64,000 nt of DNA from Mytilus trossulus (Eukaryota), in NCBI RefSeq assembly GCF_036588685.1, contig NC_086373.1, forward strand, positions 62,868,001-62,932,000, in the 5' to 3' direction. Made by a program: the position numbers and the translations under genes. Shown piece by piece: positions 12,482-24,600 of the stretch (positions are counted from its first letter, which is position 1; every line of letters begins with the position of its first letter). Below the pieces are notes generated by a model that had not been told where the DNA came from, ran no database searches, and saw nothing but the letters and a program-made list of their open reading frames with translations.

Positions 12482-15400
12482 ATTGTTAGACAATCAAAAT
12501 GATCAACACAGACATGCAAAGAATGTTTCCCTACTTTTTCTATTGCATTCTATCAAACCCATGTTAAATTATTTTTTACAGAATACAAAATTATAGGGAT
12601 TTTCACATTATCATTGGCCAATTCACTAAATTTTGTATCTTTTTCACATCTTCCTTTTATTTATCTTGTTCTTTAAACTTTTCATAGGATATTTTTTTAT
12701 GAATGAAATTTTTGAATTCATGGGATAAATTGTCCCTAGTTAACAGTTGTTTAAAATATAGAAAGAATACATTTGAAAATTTGAAAAAAAATATCATTCT
12801 AGACAAATGTATTTAAAAAGCATCAACTATAGCTTTAATCTTTCATTGAAATGTTTTCATAGACCTACTGTATAGAGAATTTTCTGGTTTGCAATAAAGA
12901 ATAAATTTGCCAGGTTCTTTCACCAAATTAATTGGGCTATATGACTGGTATATCTTAATAGATAGCCCACTGATCACTATTTGCATGTCTGTAGTTTGTA
13001 TTGTTCGTGCCTGTTACTTATTACATTTAAACTTATGGAAACATATCAAATCATAATAAATTGTGTATATGTCGGTGTCTTAATTGATAACATAAATAAT
13101 GTATAGTTTTGTAATATGTGCTATTTTTAGAATTACTAGAATTTGATGTTTTGTTTGTACATGAATTAATAAGTTTTGTATTTAGTTTTGAAATTTTTCT
13201 CATCTATGATGATCTTTGTATATTGAATTACATTAGGACTATTGCAAATTACAATACTGAAGAGGGTGTCCATGGAAAAACCAGACAGTGGATGGCACAT
13301 GACATATTTTGTTTTCAAATTTTTTTTCATCTATTTCATATCACAAATTTATTCTTTCTCAAAGTTAAATTTGTGTTTTTATATTAACTGCAACAATTGA
13401 AAAAAAATACATAGAAAGCACTGAAAATTCATTGAAAAGGGGAGATAACTCTTCAATTTGTACAAAATTTTGTTGCATTGTTAGTGAACTTTTAAATCAT
13501 TTTCTGAGCCATCCACTGTTAATTCAAAAATATTTTTGACATGTATATCCTTTGTATGATATAGACATTGCATTGGAACCAAAAATTCAGTGGGAAAAAA
13601 ATTATGTTGTACCATCCATATCATAGGATTTGCCTGATATTTAATTGGACAGCCTCTTAATAATATGAAAGATGAACTTTAGTTTCTCACAAAGTACGAT
13701 AGTCTTGTAATCATAATATGGTAAGGACTGATCAGAATTTGCCACATCATAGATTTACCAAAATTTACTTGAATAAATCATCACAAAATACCATGTATAT
13801 CTTTACTTGTAATTTTACAGGCTTAACTTTAAGTTTTTAAAGATCTGATTTCATTTGTTTATACTTCGTTTTATTAGGTCAGTATTATATTTGTCAGAAT
13901 TTTACTTTTAAATAATTAACAGTTTTGTTTTAATTGATTTTATGTATTTCAGATATACATTCTTTTTGCATGTTTATGTTTTGTTTTATTTTTGTATTCT
14001 TATGAATGATACTCAGATGCATATGTTGTTTTTCATCATCATCCTTTGCATGTGTTCTGATCATAAGAATTTTCCCAATATCATGTAAGGTTGTCAGAAA
14101 TTGGGGTTGTGTTGATACAGATTTGTAAGTCAACTTATACAATAGTTTACAAATATTTTGTCATTTTGCATTGAAAGTTACTGAAGTAAATGGTTTTACA
14201 ACAATGAATTACCATTTCCATATATATATATTAATGCTTACTATTTTTGGGGTGACCAAGCTACTTTGTAACATAGTTAACATTCAATAAGGTTATGATA
14301 TATTTTTATATAGTTGGATACCAGATTTTTGTGTGTTTTACGGTAACAGGTGAACACAAATATAAATGTTCAACAAATTTTAAATTTCTATGCATATACA
14401 TACTTTGGAAAACCAGCAAAATCAAATGTCCATAATTATTTTTATTTAAAGTTTTACTCTATCCACAAAATCTGTACTGACAATCTACAGTTGTTTATTT
14501 GTTTTTTAATCCTTAATATTGTCAAATTAATTTACTTAAGTACTTTCCCAATACAATTCATTTTGTCCATGAATATGTTAAATATGATCAAAAGTGTGTT
14601 TTTTGTTGTTGCTTTTAATGTAATTTGAATGGTCTTTAACACTCATGACTGGAATTTTGTAATTTAATCTGGCAACTTTTCATGGAATATAAATCTATTT
14701 GAAGGCATTTAATTGTCAGAGAAGTTGGTAGAATTCATATATGTGCCTAGATAGGGACAGCAAAAGTGAGATGATTAAATTGAATGAAACAGTATGTCTG
14801 TTATCCTTATTAGGATCTTTTTGTTTTGTTAACATCATTTTTTTATGGTCTTTCTATTTGTAACTTGGTGTAAACTATTGTGTAGGTAATCAATGGACCA
14901 TTTGTTATAGGTATTGTAGATACTTATCATTTTATGTTTAGTAATATGCATAAGCAGTGAAACAAAAGGGAGTTTTCATCAATTAGTATTTTAGATTGGG
15001 AGACTATATAGATATTATAATTGTATCCAGTAGGGGTAGAATATTATCTTTTGAAACTTTTGAAGTAAGGCTTTTACAGCTTTTTAAATATACAAGCCAT
15101 ACAAAGAACTGGCCTTTTTTTCCTTTCAAACACAAAGAGCAATAGAAAAATCAACAACTTGTTCAAAACAAGATAATAAATGGGAGAATTAGATAAAAAA
15201 ATATATAAAATAGAAATGTGAGTTTTTCAAATATTAAATTTATATGACAAACAAGACAGCTAAAAAATGTTTGCTTTTTTTTTGCTTTCGAATTTGTCAA
15301 ATGCATGTAGGATTTTTAAAAATACAACTGTCCCTTTCCCATAGATGGACCAAAATTGTTATTGTTCACCTTGGCAGCTGATATTGTTGTTCCCACTGGA

Positions 15401-18400
15401 ATTTTTGTTCTCATTTATTATCGTTGTCATCAAATTTCTTTACACTGCTTATGCTATTACTTTTAGGGATGGGAAATATATATGGTGCTACTGAATCTTA
15501 ATTCGTGCAATATTTTTTGTTTTGTTTATTTTAGAAATAAATACTTTTCTTTGTATATAAGTGTTGTATTTGGCCTTTTTAAACTTAAAAGATGAAAGGT
15601 GGAGCATATTGCCATTACACAATAGCTGTGGAAACAATAACGTTTGTTTTTATCAATATGATGTTCTGTAGACATAGTTACTTATACTGATAATAATAAA
15701 GGAATAACAGGTGTTGGAATCATCCACATTCCATCTCAGCATTTGGTTGTGGCCAGTTATCTATTTCCTTCATAAAGAGATATTTCTCTTATGAGGTTGA
15801 ACAAAGTGTGGTATAAATAAGTGTTACACAATATGTGACATAAATGCGTTAATTTTGTTGGCTTATTCTGCATTTGTTTTGAAATAATGACATCACCATG
15901 TCAATGTTGACTTTCAGAGTCTTTATTCCCCCTTGGCAATATGTTTGTGATTTCTTTGATAATATACTTAACACTCGCATGTTTGACCTAAAATAAACAT
16001 TTTGTAAATAAAGGCAACACTAGTATACCACTATTCATAAGTAATAAATAAATATAGAGAAAACAAATTTGGGTAACCAAAACCAAGGATAGCACATAAA
16101 AAAAGATTTCACAAGGACACACATTTTTACCATTATATAAATGGTTAACTAGCAACTTCTTCGTCCGTACTGCTCTTAAACTTCATTCTTTATTTGGCCC
16201 TTTTAACTTTTTGGATTTGAGCGTCACTCGTGAGTCTTTTGTAGACAAAACACGCGTCTGGCGTATATACAAAATTTAGTCCTGGTATCTATGATGAGTT
16301 TATTGGCAATATCCAATTTTCACTCATGAAACCACAATTCCTTAAAAATTTGCAAAGTTCTATTGATAAATGAAAAGGTTGATATGACCTGCACAATTAG
16401 CATTGAAATATCGATTGTGATGTAGTATGGCATAACCATGTAGACATTGAATATTTGACCTATAATAGATATTGCTATACACCACAACACTTTTTAAGGT
16501 CATAAGGCACAGTGTTATAAGGATTGACCGATCTGTTAATCAGTCCTCTTATTTTGGGGGGATAAAACATTTTATATTAGAACTGAACATGTGAATATAT
16601 GGTCACATATAATCAGAGAAGAATACCTATTTATTTCATTATCACTTTGTGTAAGGTCAAGATAGTATTTACTTTCTGTATAAACTGGAATTGATTCCAA
16701 AAACAGTTTCCAGAATCGAATAACAGATTGAACTTAACTGAAATGAATGGTCATTTTTATTTGAAGAATGCTATCAATTTTGAGACCACAGAGTTCAGGG
16801 TCAAGATCCAAGCTACTGAAAATATACTGCAATTATTACTTTCTGGATAATAACTCTTGAACCGTGCATGAAATTGCAAGGACGTGTATATATATATATA
16901 TATATATGATCACACACAAATAGAGGAGTATCTCTGATTTTGAGGTCAAGATCATAGTAACTAAAATTATATGGAACTATATATATATACAGAAAAGGAA
17001 TTTCAGTCTTGTGATCCTACAAAGGATTAGAACCAAACCTCAAACGAATGGATAACAACTGTCATATTCCTAATTTGGCAAAGACATTTTCTTAAGTAGA
17101 AAATGGTGGATTAAACCTGGTTTTATAGGTAGATAAACCTCTCACTTGTTTGACGGTCGCATAAAATTCCACTATTTTGACAACGATGCGTACATAAAAC
17201 AATTGTAAAAATGACAAAAAAGGGAGTGGAATCACTATGGATTAAACACCACTGACCCATCTAACAGACGATTAGTGTTTTCATGCAATTAACTGTTCGT
17301 TTCCTTTGCGCTGAAATAATTTCATGTTTCTGATAATTAAAAGATTATTAATTCACGAAGTACAAATCTTAAGTCAATTCATCTAAATGTTAAGAAGTTA
17401 AATCACTAAAAATGAACTAGTAAAATTCAAAACGGAAAGTCCCTTATCAAATAGCAAAATCAAGTGCACCCTGCATAAAATTTACAATAATTCCATTTAT
17501 TACATGTATCTGTGTGAGGTTGATGTTTGATAATCACCATAACCATCATTTTGGGAGGCCAGTGTTGTCAATTTATCAATTAGTAGGTGATTTCTAAAGA
17601 TTACATTTAGCGAGGGGATAATGTGAGTATTAAAACAAAATGGTACTAGTAACTTAAGTAATTGCCAATGAGAAACCATCACTAGTCTAGATACCAAATT
17701 TTACAGACTGAGATGGTTTGATATTAAAGGTCATCGTACGGTCAACGAAGGTTCTTAATATAATACACATATGGTTATTTGGATAATTAGATATATTTGA
17801 CAAAGTCGTACATCAAAAGATGTTTTGTTGTAATTGCCACAACTGCTTGGAATTTTTAGAAACGTGCATCTGGCGTATTCAATGACAAGCCTTGTACCTT
17901 TGATAACTATTTACCCATGTAAAAATCTTATAAAAATCTGTAAGCAAAGCATCTTATTGTGTAATATTTTGGGTTATATTTAAACATTACGACAATGACT
18001 CAAAAAGAAGATGTGATATCAGTTGTTGTTGATCTGCATTAAACAAATGTTGTACACCCAAAGAATTTTATACTAGTATTCAAAAATATAAGTACTGATA
18101 TTTGACATTGTGTAAAACTTCTCATACCTTCTTCTTTGGTTTCATAAATTTCAGTATTGAAATTACTGCTATCAATACATAATGCAGATCTATTTTGCTC
18201 GATATGTCCTAAGTTTGTAACTGTTGTCTTATGATATATCTGATGTTCAGCAATGTTCAATGCCCCTTAACATAATTTTGTTACATATCTGTTATTTTTA
18301 TAGTGATTAAGATTATAACACAATACTAACTGCAGTACTATTTTGACATTCTTATCTATTGTGTCTGTTTGTTTTGTTCACACATCGTTTTCAATATACT

Positions 18401-21244
18401 AGTGCTGGAATTTTTGCGACTGTCATATACGAGTTAGAGGTTTAGCTAGTTATACAACCAGGTTTAATCCACCATTTTCAACATAAGAAAACGCCTGTAC
18501 CAAGTCAGGAATGTGGCAGTTGTTATCCATTCGTTAGAAGTAATTGAAATTTTGATTTTGCCATTTGAATAGGGAAAACGGTTTGAATTTTCCTCGGAGT
18601 AAGGTATTTTTATTATTTAATTTATAAATAATTTCATATTAAAAAATGTAAGTTCTGAAATCTGCCAATTTGATATTGTGTGAAGTTTTGACGTCTGTTA
18701 ATTTAAGCTTTTGATGAGGGACAACAGTTTAAATTTTCCTCGGAGTTCGGTTTATTTGTTATTTTACTTTTTTCATACAGGAATAAGATTGCGTTTGCCT
18801 TTAAAGTGTGTTTACTTGATTATAGTGTCACTGTTATAGACGAAACGCACATCTCGAGTCCCAGGTTATAAGTTTGACATCTTCAATGTTCAGTGTTTTG
18901 TGAACTGATGTCTTATTTTCGTATTGTGTATGTTTTTCTTTCAAACAAACACTGGTTGTATACCACTGCTGATAACGTTTCGTATCGATTAATGTACTAC
19001 CAGCCCTGCATCAGTCAGCACTATTTTTGCGACATGAAAAATTGAGGATGTGGTCATTTCGGTAAGTTAGGCTGACAATAGTTTGCCGATGCTCAAATTG
19101 TGTACATTAATCGGACAAATTGATGATACAAACCGATTCTGGGAGAATTGTTCATAAAATTTAATGAACCCCAAAAGGAACGAAACCGGGTGCGTCGACA
19201 GGGTAAGTTTTTTGCTTTTCATGCAACGTGCATTATCACTTACTATGTAGAATGTCCTCTAATCAGGAGTAGGACACATCGATAAATTTACAGTTTTGTC
19301 TATGGATAAATGTTTAAATGACCGATTTAGTAATTTGGAGTTTTCAATGATTTTCGTAACTTAAATAAAACCTTCCACCTATTTTGATTTTAGCGAAATT
19401 GAGGAACTTATCACACAGTTGAAGAAGCACGCGACTGAGAAGTTGATTTATAAATTGAGTATCTTTCATTCGTGTGACGCACAATTCATATTTCTATTGT
19501 GCTATTGTGTGAATTTGTCGTCATTTAATTTAAGATGTTCGCTGTTATTCTAGCTGACTTTACATCTTGAAATAAACTACTGTGTTGTTTATTTGTGTAT
19601 TTCTCTGGCTTGAGTGTTCTCATATTTATTTATACTGTATTCCTGGCACGAAATGTTGTCATTAAGCGGGTTAGCCATAAAACCATTTGTATATGTCTCT
19701 TCTTATATTTGATGTGTTTTACTCAGTTTTAGTTTGCAACCCGGATTTGTTTTTTCTCAATCGATTTATGAATTTCGAACAGCGGTCTACTGTTGACTTT
19801 ACTGTACCAAGTCAGTAATATTGCAGTTGTTTCGTGTCTGTTTGCGTTTGTTTTTGAAGCAGTACATTGGTTTTTTTTGTTGTTCTGTTGTTTCCCCTTT
19901 TATAGCTGATGTGTTGTCTTCGGTTTGTTACCCGAATTTGTTTAATCGACCATTGAACAGCGGTAATATTGCCTTTGTTTATAGCTCTTTGCTATAAATT
20001 TGGTTGATACAAATTAGGGTGAATGTTTCGTTTCAATGCTATAACATTTATATCGGTAGTGATGTGGTGTTTTGAAATATTATTGATGCTATCGTTTTCT
20101 AATTTTTCATAAATGTTATAATGATTCTAAACACAATGGTTTTTATATCTATGGATAGATAAGCTATGCCAGATTCGACAGAACGCCTAATAATGCATAG
20201 TTTTTTTCTCCGAGCGCCACTTAATATTTGGTTTTAATATTAACTGATCATGAAACTAGTGTCTGTCACACAAATAAAATAACTGATATATTTCATGTTT
20301 ATTAAGAAGGTTCTTTTTCCCATGCCCTTACAAATTGAGTTGGATTTCAAACTTTTCGGACGAATACATAAAAGTGTTATTTTCATCTTAGAGTCGAGCG
20401 CAACTGTAGATGCAATGTAGATAAAACGCCAGTATGGTGTATTGCATTGTAAACTTGGTTTCTTTGGTAATTTCTACACAGGTTAGAAACCCCTGTTACA
20501 AATCTTAACTGTAATCAATAAGAATATGCCCAGCTCAGATTTCTCACACAAAGTGCCATTACATGTGTCATAAACGGTCATAAGTATCCCGACCTTTTGC
20601 TTTGCATGCAGCAGTCTGAATGCCAGAGGAAAACACGACCAATAATTAAAAAAATATAAATAAAAAATCAGAAAGGCATGCGCACTAGAAAACGACAACC
20701 AACACTGACAAAATTTGCGGAACTTCTGGTAAGTCGAAGATGAAACATCCCCAACATGACATAACAAAAACAGACTACAACTAAGTCATGTGCATGGCGT
20801 GTCAGTCCTTGTCATCGAGGCAAAGGGATCATTGCACACGGAAAGCCTCGTTGATATCCTTAATCAACTACTATCCTATTTTTAATGCGCTTGAATTATC
20901 AACTATTTTTGTAAATATCTTGTATACAGATAATTCACAGATGGTACATGATACATTATTATGGTATCTTTAAACATGACAAAAAAAAAATCGCATTAAT
21001 GACAACTCAAAATGGAAAGAAGGAACAGAAATTATACAAACATTTGGACATATGTAAAATCTTGTAATATTTTAAATACACTGACGCTTACATTCGTATT
21101 TGATTTTGCCATGTGATTATGGACTTCCCAAATTTATTTTCCTCTAAGTTCATTATTTTTGTGATTTTACTTTTTACACCAGACTGTAAAAAAAAAAGCT
21201 GTTATACAATAAATAAAAGCAAAGAATCAAGTTATTAACCAATG

Positions 21245-21250
21245 TTTATT
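21245..21250 (-). terminator. SELENOP polyadenylation signal
   Basis: AATAAA on the minus strand, about 30 nt downstream of SECIS2. Confidence 0.6.
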
Positions 21251-21279
21251 TTATAAATGTAACAAAACATGATGTAAAC

Positions 21280-21381
21280 GTGATCTAAAGATCAGTTTTT
21301 TGTCGGTTATTCTAATCCATTACCCTATTGTGTAGTTTCGTAATGAACCGTCATACTGACAATTCTCAATCTTAAGATCAC
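21280..21381 (-). promoter_or_regulatory. SECIS element 2 (SELENOP 3'UTR)
   Basis: On the minus strand, the outer helices are GTGATCT/AGATCAC and TGTC/GACA. The core is ATGAC (21354-21350) ... AGAA, helix II is GGTTCATTAC/GTAATGGATT, and the apical AAA precedes a CTA..TAG mini-stem. Confidence 0.88.
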
Positions 21382-21461
21382 AGGATACAATAATATAAAC
21401 GGTTCTAACATACAACAACAAAATGTGTTAATCAATAATAATTATTTCAGCATGCTGACAA

Positions 21462-21559
21462 CGAGTTCACGGTTTAATCTGTTCAGCAGTCAGTCATCAA
21501 AATATCGTTCAAGCGTTTCATTTTGAAGCGTCATCATTAACAATTAAACGGTGAACTCG
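21462..21559 (-). promoter_or_regulatory. SECIS element 1 (SELENOP 3'UTR)
   Basis: On the minus strand, helix I is CGAGTTCAC..GTTTAA / TTAAAC..GTGAACTCG. The core is ATGAC (21534-21530) ... TGAC, helix II is TCAAAATG/TATTTTGA, and the apical AAA is followed by a mini-stem. Confidence 0.85.
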
Positions 21560-21646
21560 AAGTGTGCTTATGGTACATATTACACAAACCAATTAAAAAA
21601 TTATGCACTTTTTAAAAGAAATTGGAAATTCCACTGATGACCCAAT

Positions 21647-24600
21647 TTACGAAAGCATGTGACTGTTCTGTCATCGTCAAGCCTGTGAATCATGGTGTCA
21701 AAGTCAAATACCATGTCCGTCATTTTCATTACGTCAATGGCACGCGCCTACTTGTCACTGACATCTTGTCTGTCAAGGTCAAAGCTGTCCATCCTGACGA
21801 CTCTCCTCTCATGTTTGTCCTGATGAAGTCAAGCCTTGTCATTGTCAGTCATTACCAACAGTGAGACATTGTCAAGTTCTGGTTGACCTACGACCAGAAC
21901 TAGGTCAAGAACAAACGTCTGCCTCGTAATGTTGTCCTGAACAGTGTCAGTTCAAAGATGGTCCCTCGCTATGTCACTGGCATCTCCTCTGACATCTTCA
22001 TGAAGGAGAACTACTTCTTGGACTGGTTCATTGGCATTGTTCTTCGTGACTCATGGTTGTTTGTCATTGTCAGCGTTCGTCTGATTGGTGACTTTGTCAT
22101 CGTATTTCAGCAGAGACAGTTTCACCAATTGGTCAGTTTCATGTAAGTTCTCCACTGTCTGAAGTTATGCATTGTCACATGCAGTTCCCAGATAAATGGT
22201 CTCACTGTCATGTCTTCGTTCCAGATTCGCTGTTTTGTCAGCGTCAAGGACTTGAAGTGCTCTTTGTTGAACATTGTCAAGGTCCGGAACTTTGTGATCA
22301 ATTGCATACTTGCTGGTTTGGTCACTGTCAGCTAACGTTATCACCCTCCGTCTGTCACGAGCATGTATCGTCTGTTTGAGGTCATGAACATATCTGAACA
22401 CCAGTCTCTTCAGTTAGTCACTGTCATGATGGGTTGGCTGATATATCCAAGGGTCACCTACAAGTAGCAGATGAGTTGGTTGCATGAAAATCACAAGGTC
22501 AGTCAGTCAAAAATTCTCAATTAGGTCTAGCAATTTCACTATGTAAAGAGTGACGTCTCAAAAATGAATCTCAGTTTAATCATACACATTCTTGAACAAC
22601 AGTCAAATTGAGCTCTTCACAAGAGCACAAGCCTAGTCTTTCAGGGAAAAACGCTTGTCTACAAGCACAGTTATTTTCTAGATCTGATGAAACGGAAGGA
22701 CAAACTCATGCGCGTCTGTTTCTTTGATTTTTATAATGTTTTTTCATAAAATTTCATAATTTTCTAATTACTTTATGCGTGGGTATTGGACGGTTTCATC
22801 TATTTCTAATTCAATTTGGTGTACGATTCATGTCTCGTACTGCTGATCTTCCCATTCCTACGACAATGGCGCTACCTCCAGATCTATGACTATGCGGACG
22901 TTCGTGGTTGTGTCTTCTACGACGTCGGTGTGATCTACGTAAACTGCGTTGACATCCGCATGGATCTGTATCGTATGCAGTACGGATTGCCCAATCTGTA
23001 AGATGGTAACGCAACAAGCTTGATGGAAATGGTATAAAGTAAACTAATTTGCCGCATCTGTGAACGAAAAAAGACTATATGTTTGGCTTTATAAGCGTAC
23101 GTATTGCATCCCTGCTGCATACCATTGTGCAAAGATTTAATAAGATATATATACATTATCGTTGCTATGTTCGCACACATTTCACTGTTACAAAATAAGT
23201 ATAACAAAGAGCTCCAACAATGATCAATTTAAATTGCAAGTAAATTTATATTGAATGTCATTAATCCTGATTATAACTTCATTGAATAGTAGTAATTGTT
23301 TTCTTAATTTTCTCGTTTAACGTTTATGCTCAGTTCAATAGCTATTTAACTATAGGAATCTTAAATATGTCCTCTGGTTGGATTGTCTTTTAGTAGCTCA
23401 CAATGCATCTATATTATAAATTGCTATGATTTATATGTTTTTTTAAAATTTTAAATGTACAGGAACCTGATATTCAGTGGTTGTCGTCTGTTAATGTGAT
23501 CCTTAAATGTTCTTGTTTCTCGGTTTTTCTATAGATTATACCATTGGTTTCCCGTTTGAATGGTTTTCCACTGGTAATTTTTGGGGCCTTTATTTCTTGT
23601 CTTCTATGAGAGCCATGGCTCCTTGTCGAAGACCTATATATTGGTTAACATTTTTACAAATTGTGACTTGGATAGAGAGTTGTCCCATTGGCACTCATAC
23701 TATATCTATATGATATAATATTGCAATATTTTTTCAATTCTTACAAATTGTGACTTGGATAGAGAGTTGTTCCATTGACGCTCATACTACATCTTCATTT
23801 ATCTATATGATAATATTGCAATATCTTATCAATTCTTACCTATCATATATCAATACGTCATCTTTTCCGCCATTTAGTTTATTCCATATGTTTGTAGTGC
23901 TTGTATCTTGGTACACAGGAAAGTTAGCTCTACTGGAAAGTTGTCCAATTTGTTCAGGAACTTCTTTGGAATTTACAATCATAAAACTGATTTCTGTACG
24001 GCCATGGGCGATGTATTCTTGACGAATAGTCTCAAGCCTACATTGTACACACATTAATTTATTTGAAGTAGTTTTAACAAATAAAGACGAATGAAAGGAG
24101 GGGATTAATTACACAGAGTACTAATTTCCTAAATACCTTTTTTTTGTATTTTTTCCCCAGTTTATTATCCCAGATACGATTCATTTTAACTCCTATCGAG
24201 CTGCCTAATCATGGAATCCCACTATAACCTACATCTCAAACTCGTATTTGATCTTACGAGTATTTGATACAATAATGTGATATAAGAAGTATAGGCATTT
24301 TTTCATTAATTAATAAAATCTTAAATCTAAAATTATCCAGACATAAACGTTTTTTTTTACTTTCAGACTGTTCATAGTTAATCATTTGAAATCTGTTGAA
24401 TGTGAAATGTGAAGAAAAGGAATAAGACAAATTCAAATATTACAAATTTGCAGTATTTGATTATAAACACAATCAATTTAAGTAAAGGAATTGATATTTT
24501 CAAATCCTTTCCCATACATGAGGATGTGGATGGGGGGTTTACAGAATACAAAATATTGGACAAAAAATAAAAGGTGTAAAAAAATAAACTTAATAGACGA

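Noticed and set aside
17500-20770. Possible minus-strand exons near 17500-17593, 18128-18270 and 20483-20620
   Set aside because: Splice phases do not join consistently and I recognised no homology.
21622-22401. Several 60-80 aa ORFs on both strands (21622+, 21958+, 22167+, 22122-, 22165-)
   Set aside because: They are shadow frames of the TGA-rich SELENOP last exon and have no recognisable domains.
21647-22813. Interpretation as a decayed pseudogene full of stop codons
   Set aside because: All 44 interruptions are TGA, none is TAA or TAG, and there are no frameshifts. They occupy Cys-like dyad positions, and two SECIS elements follow.
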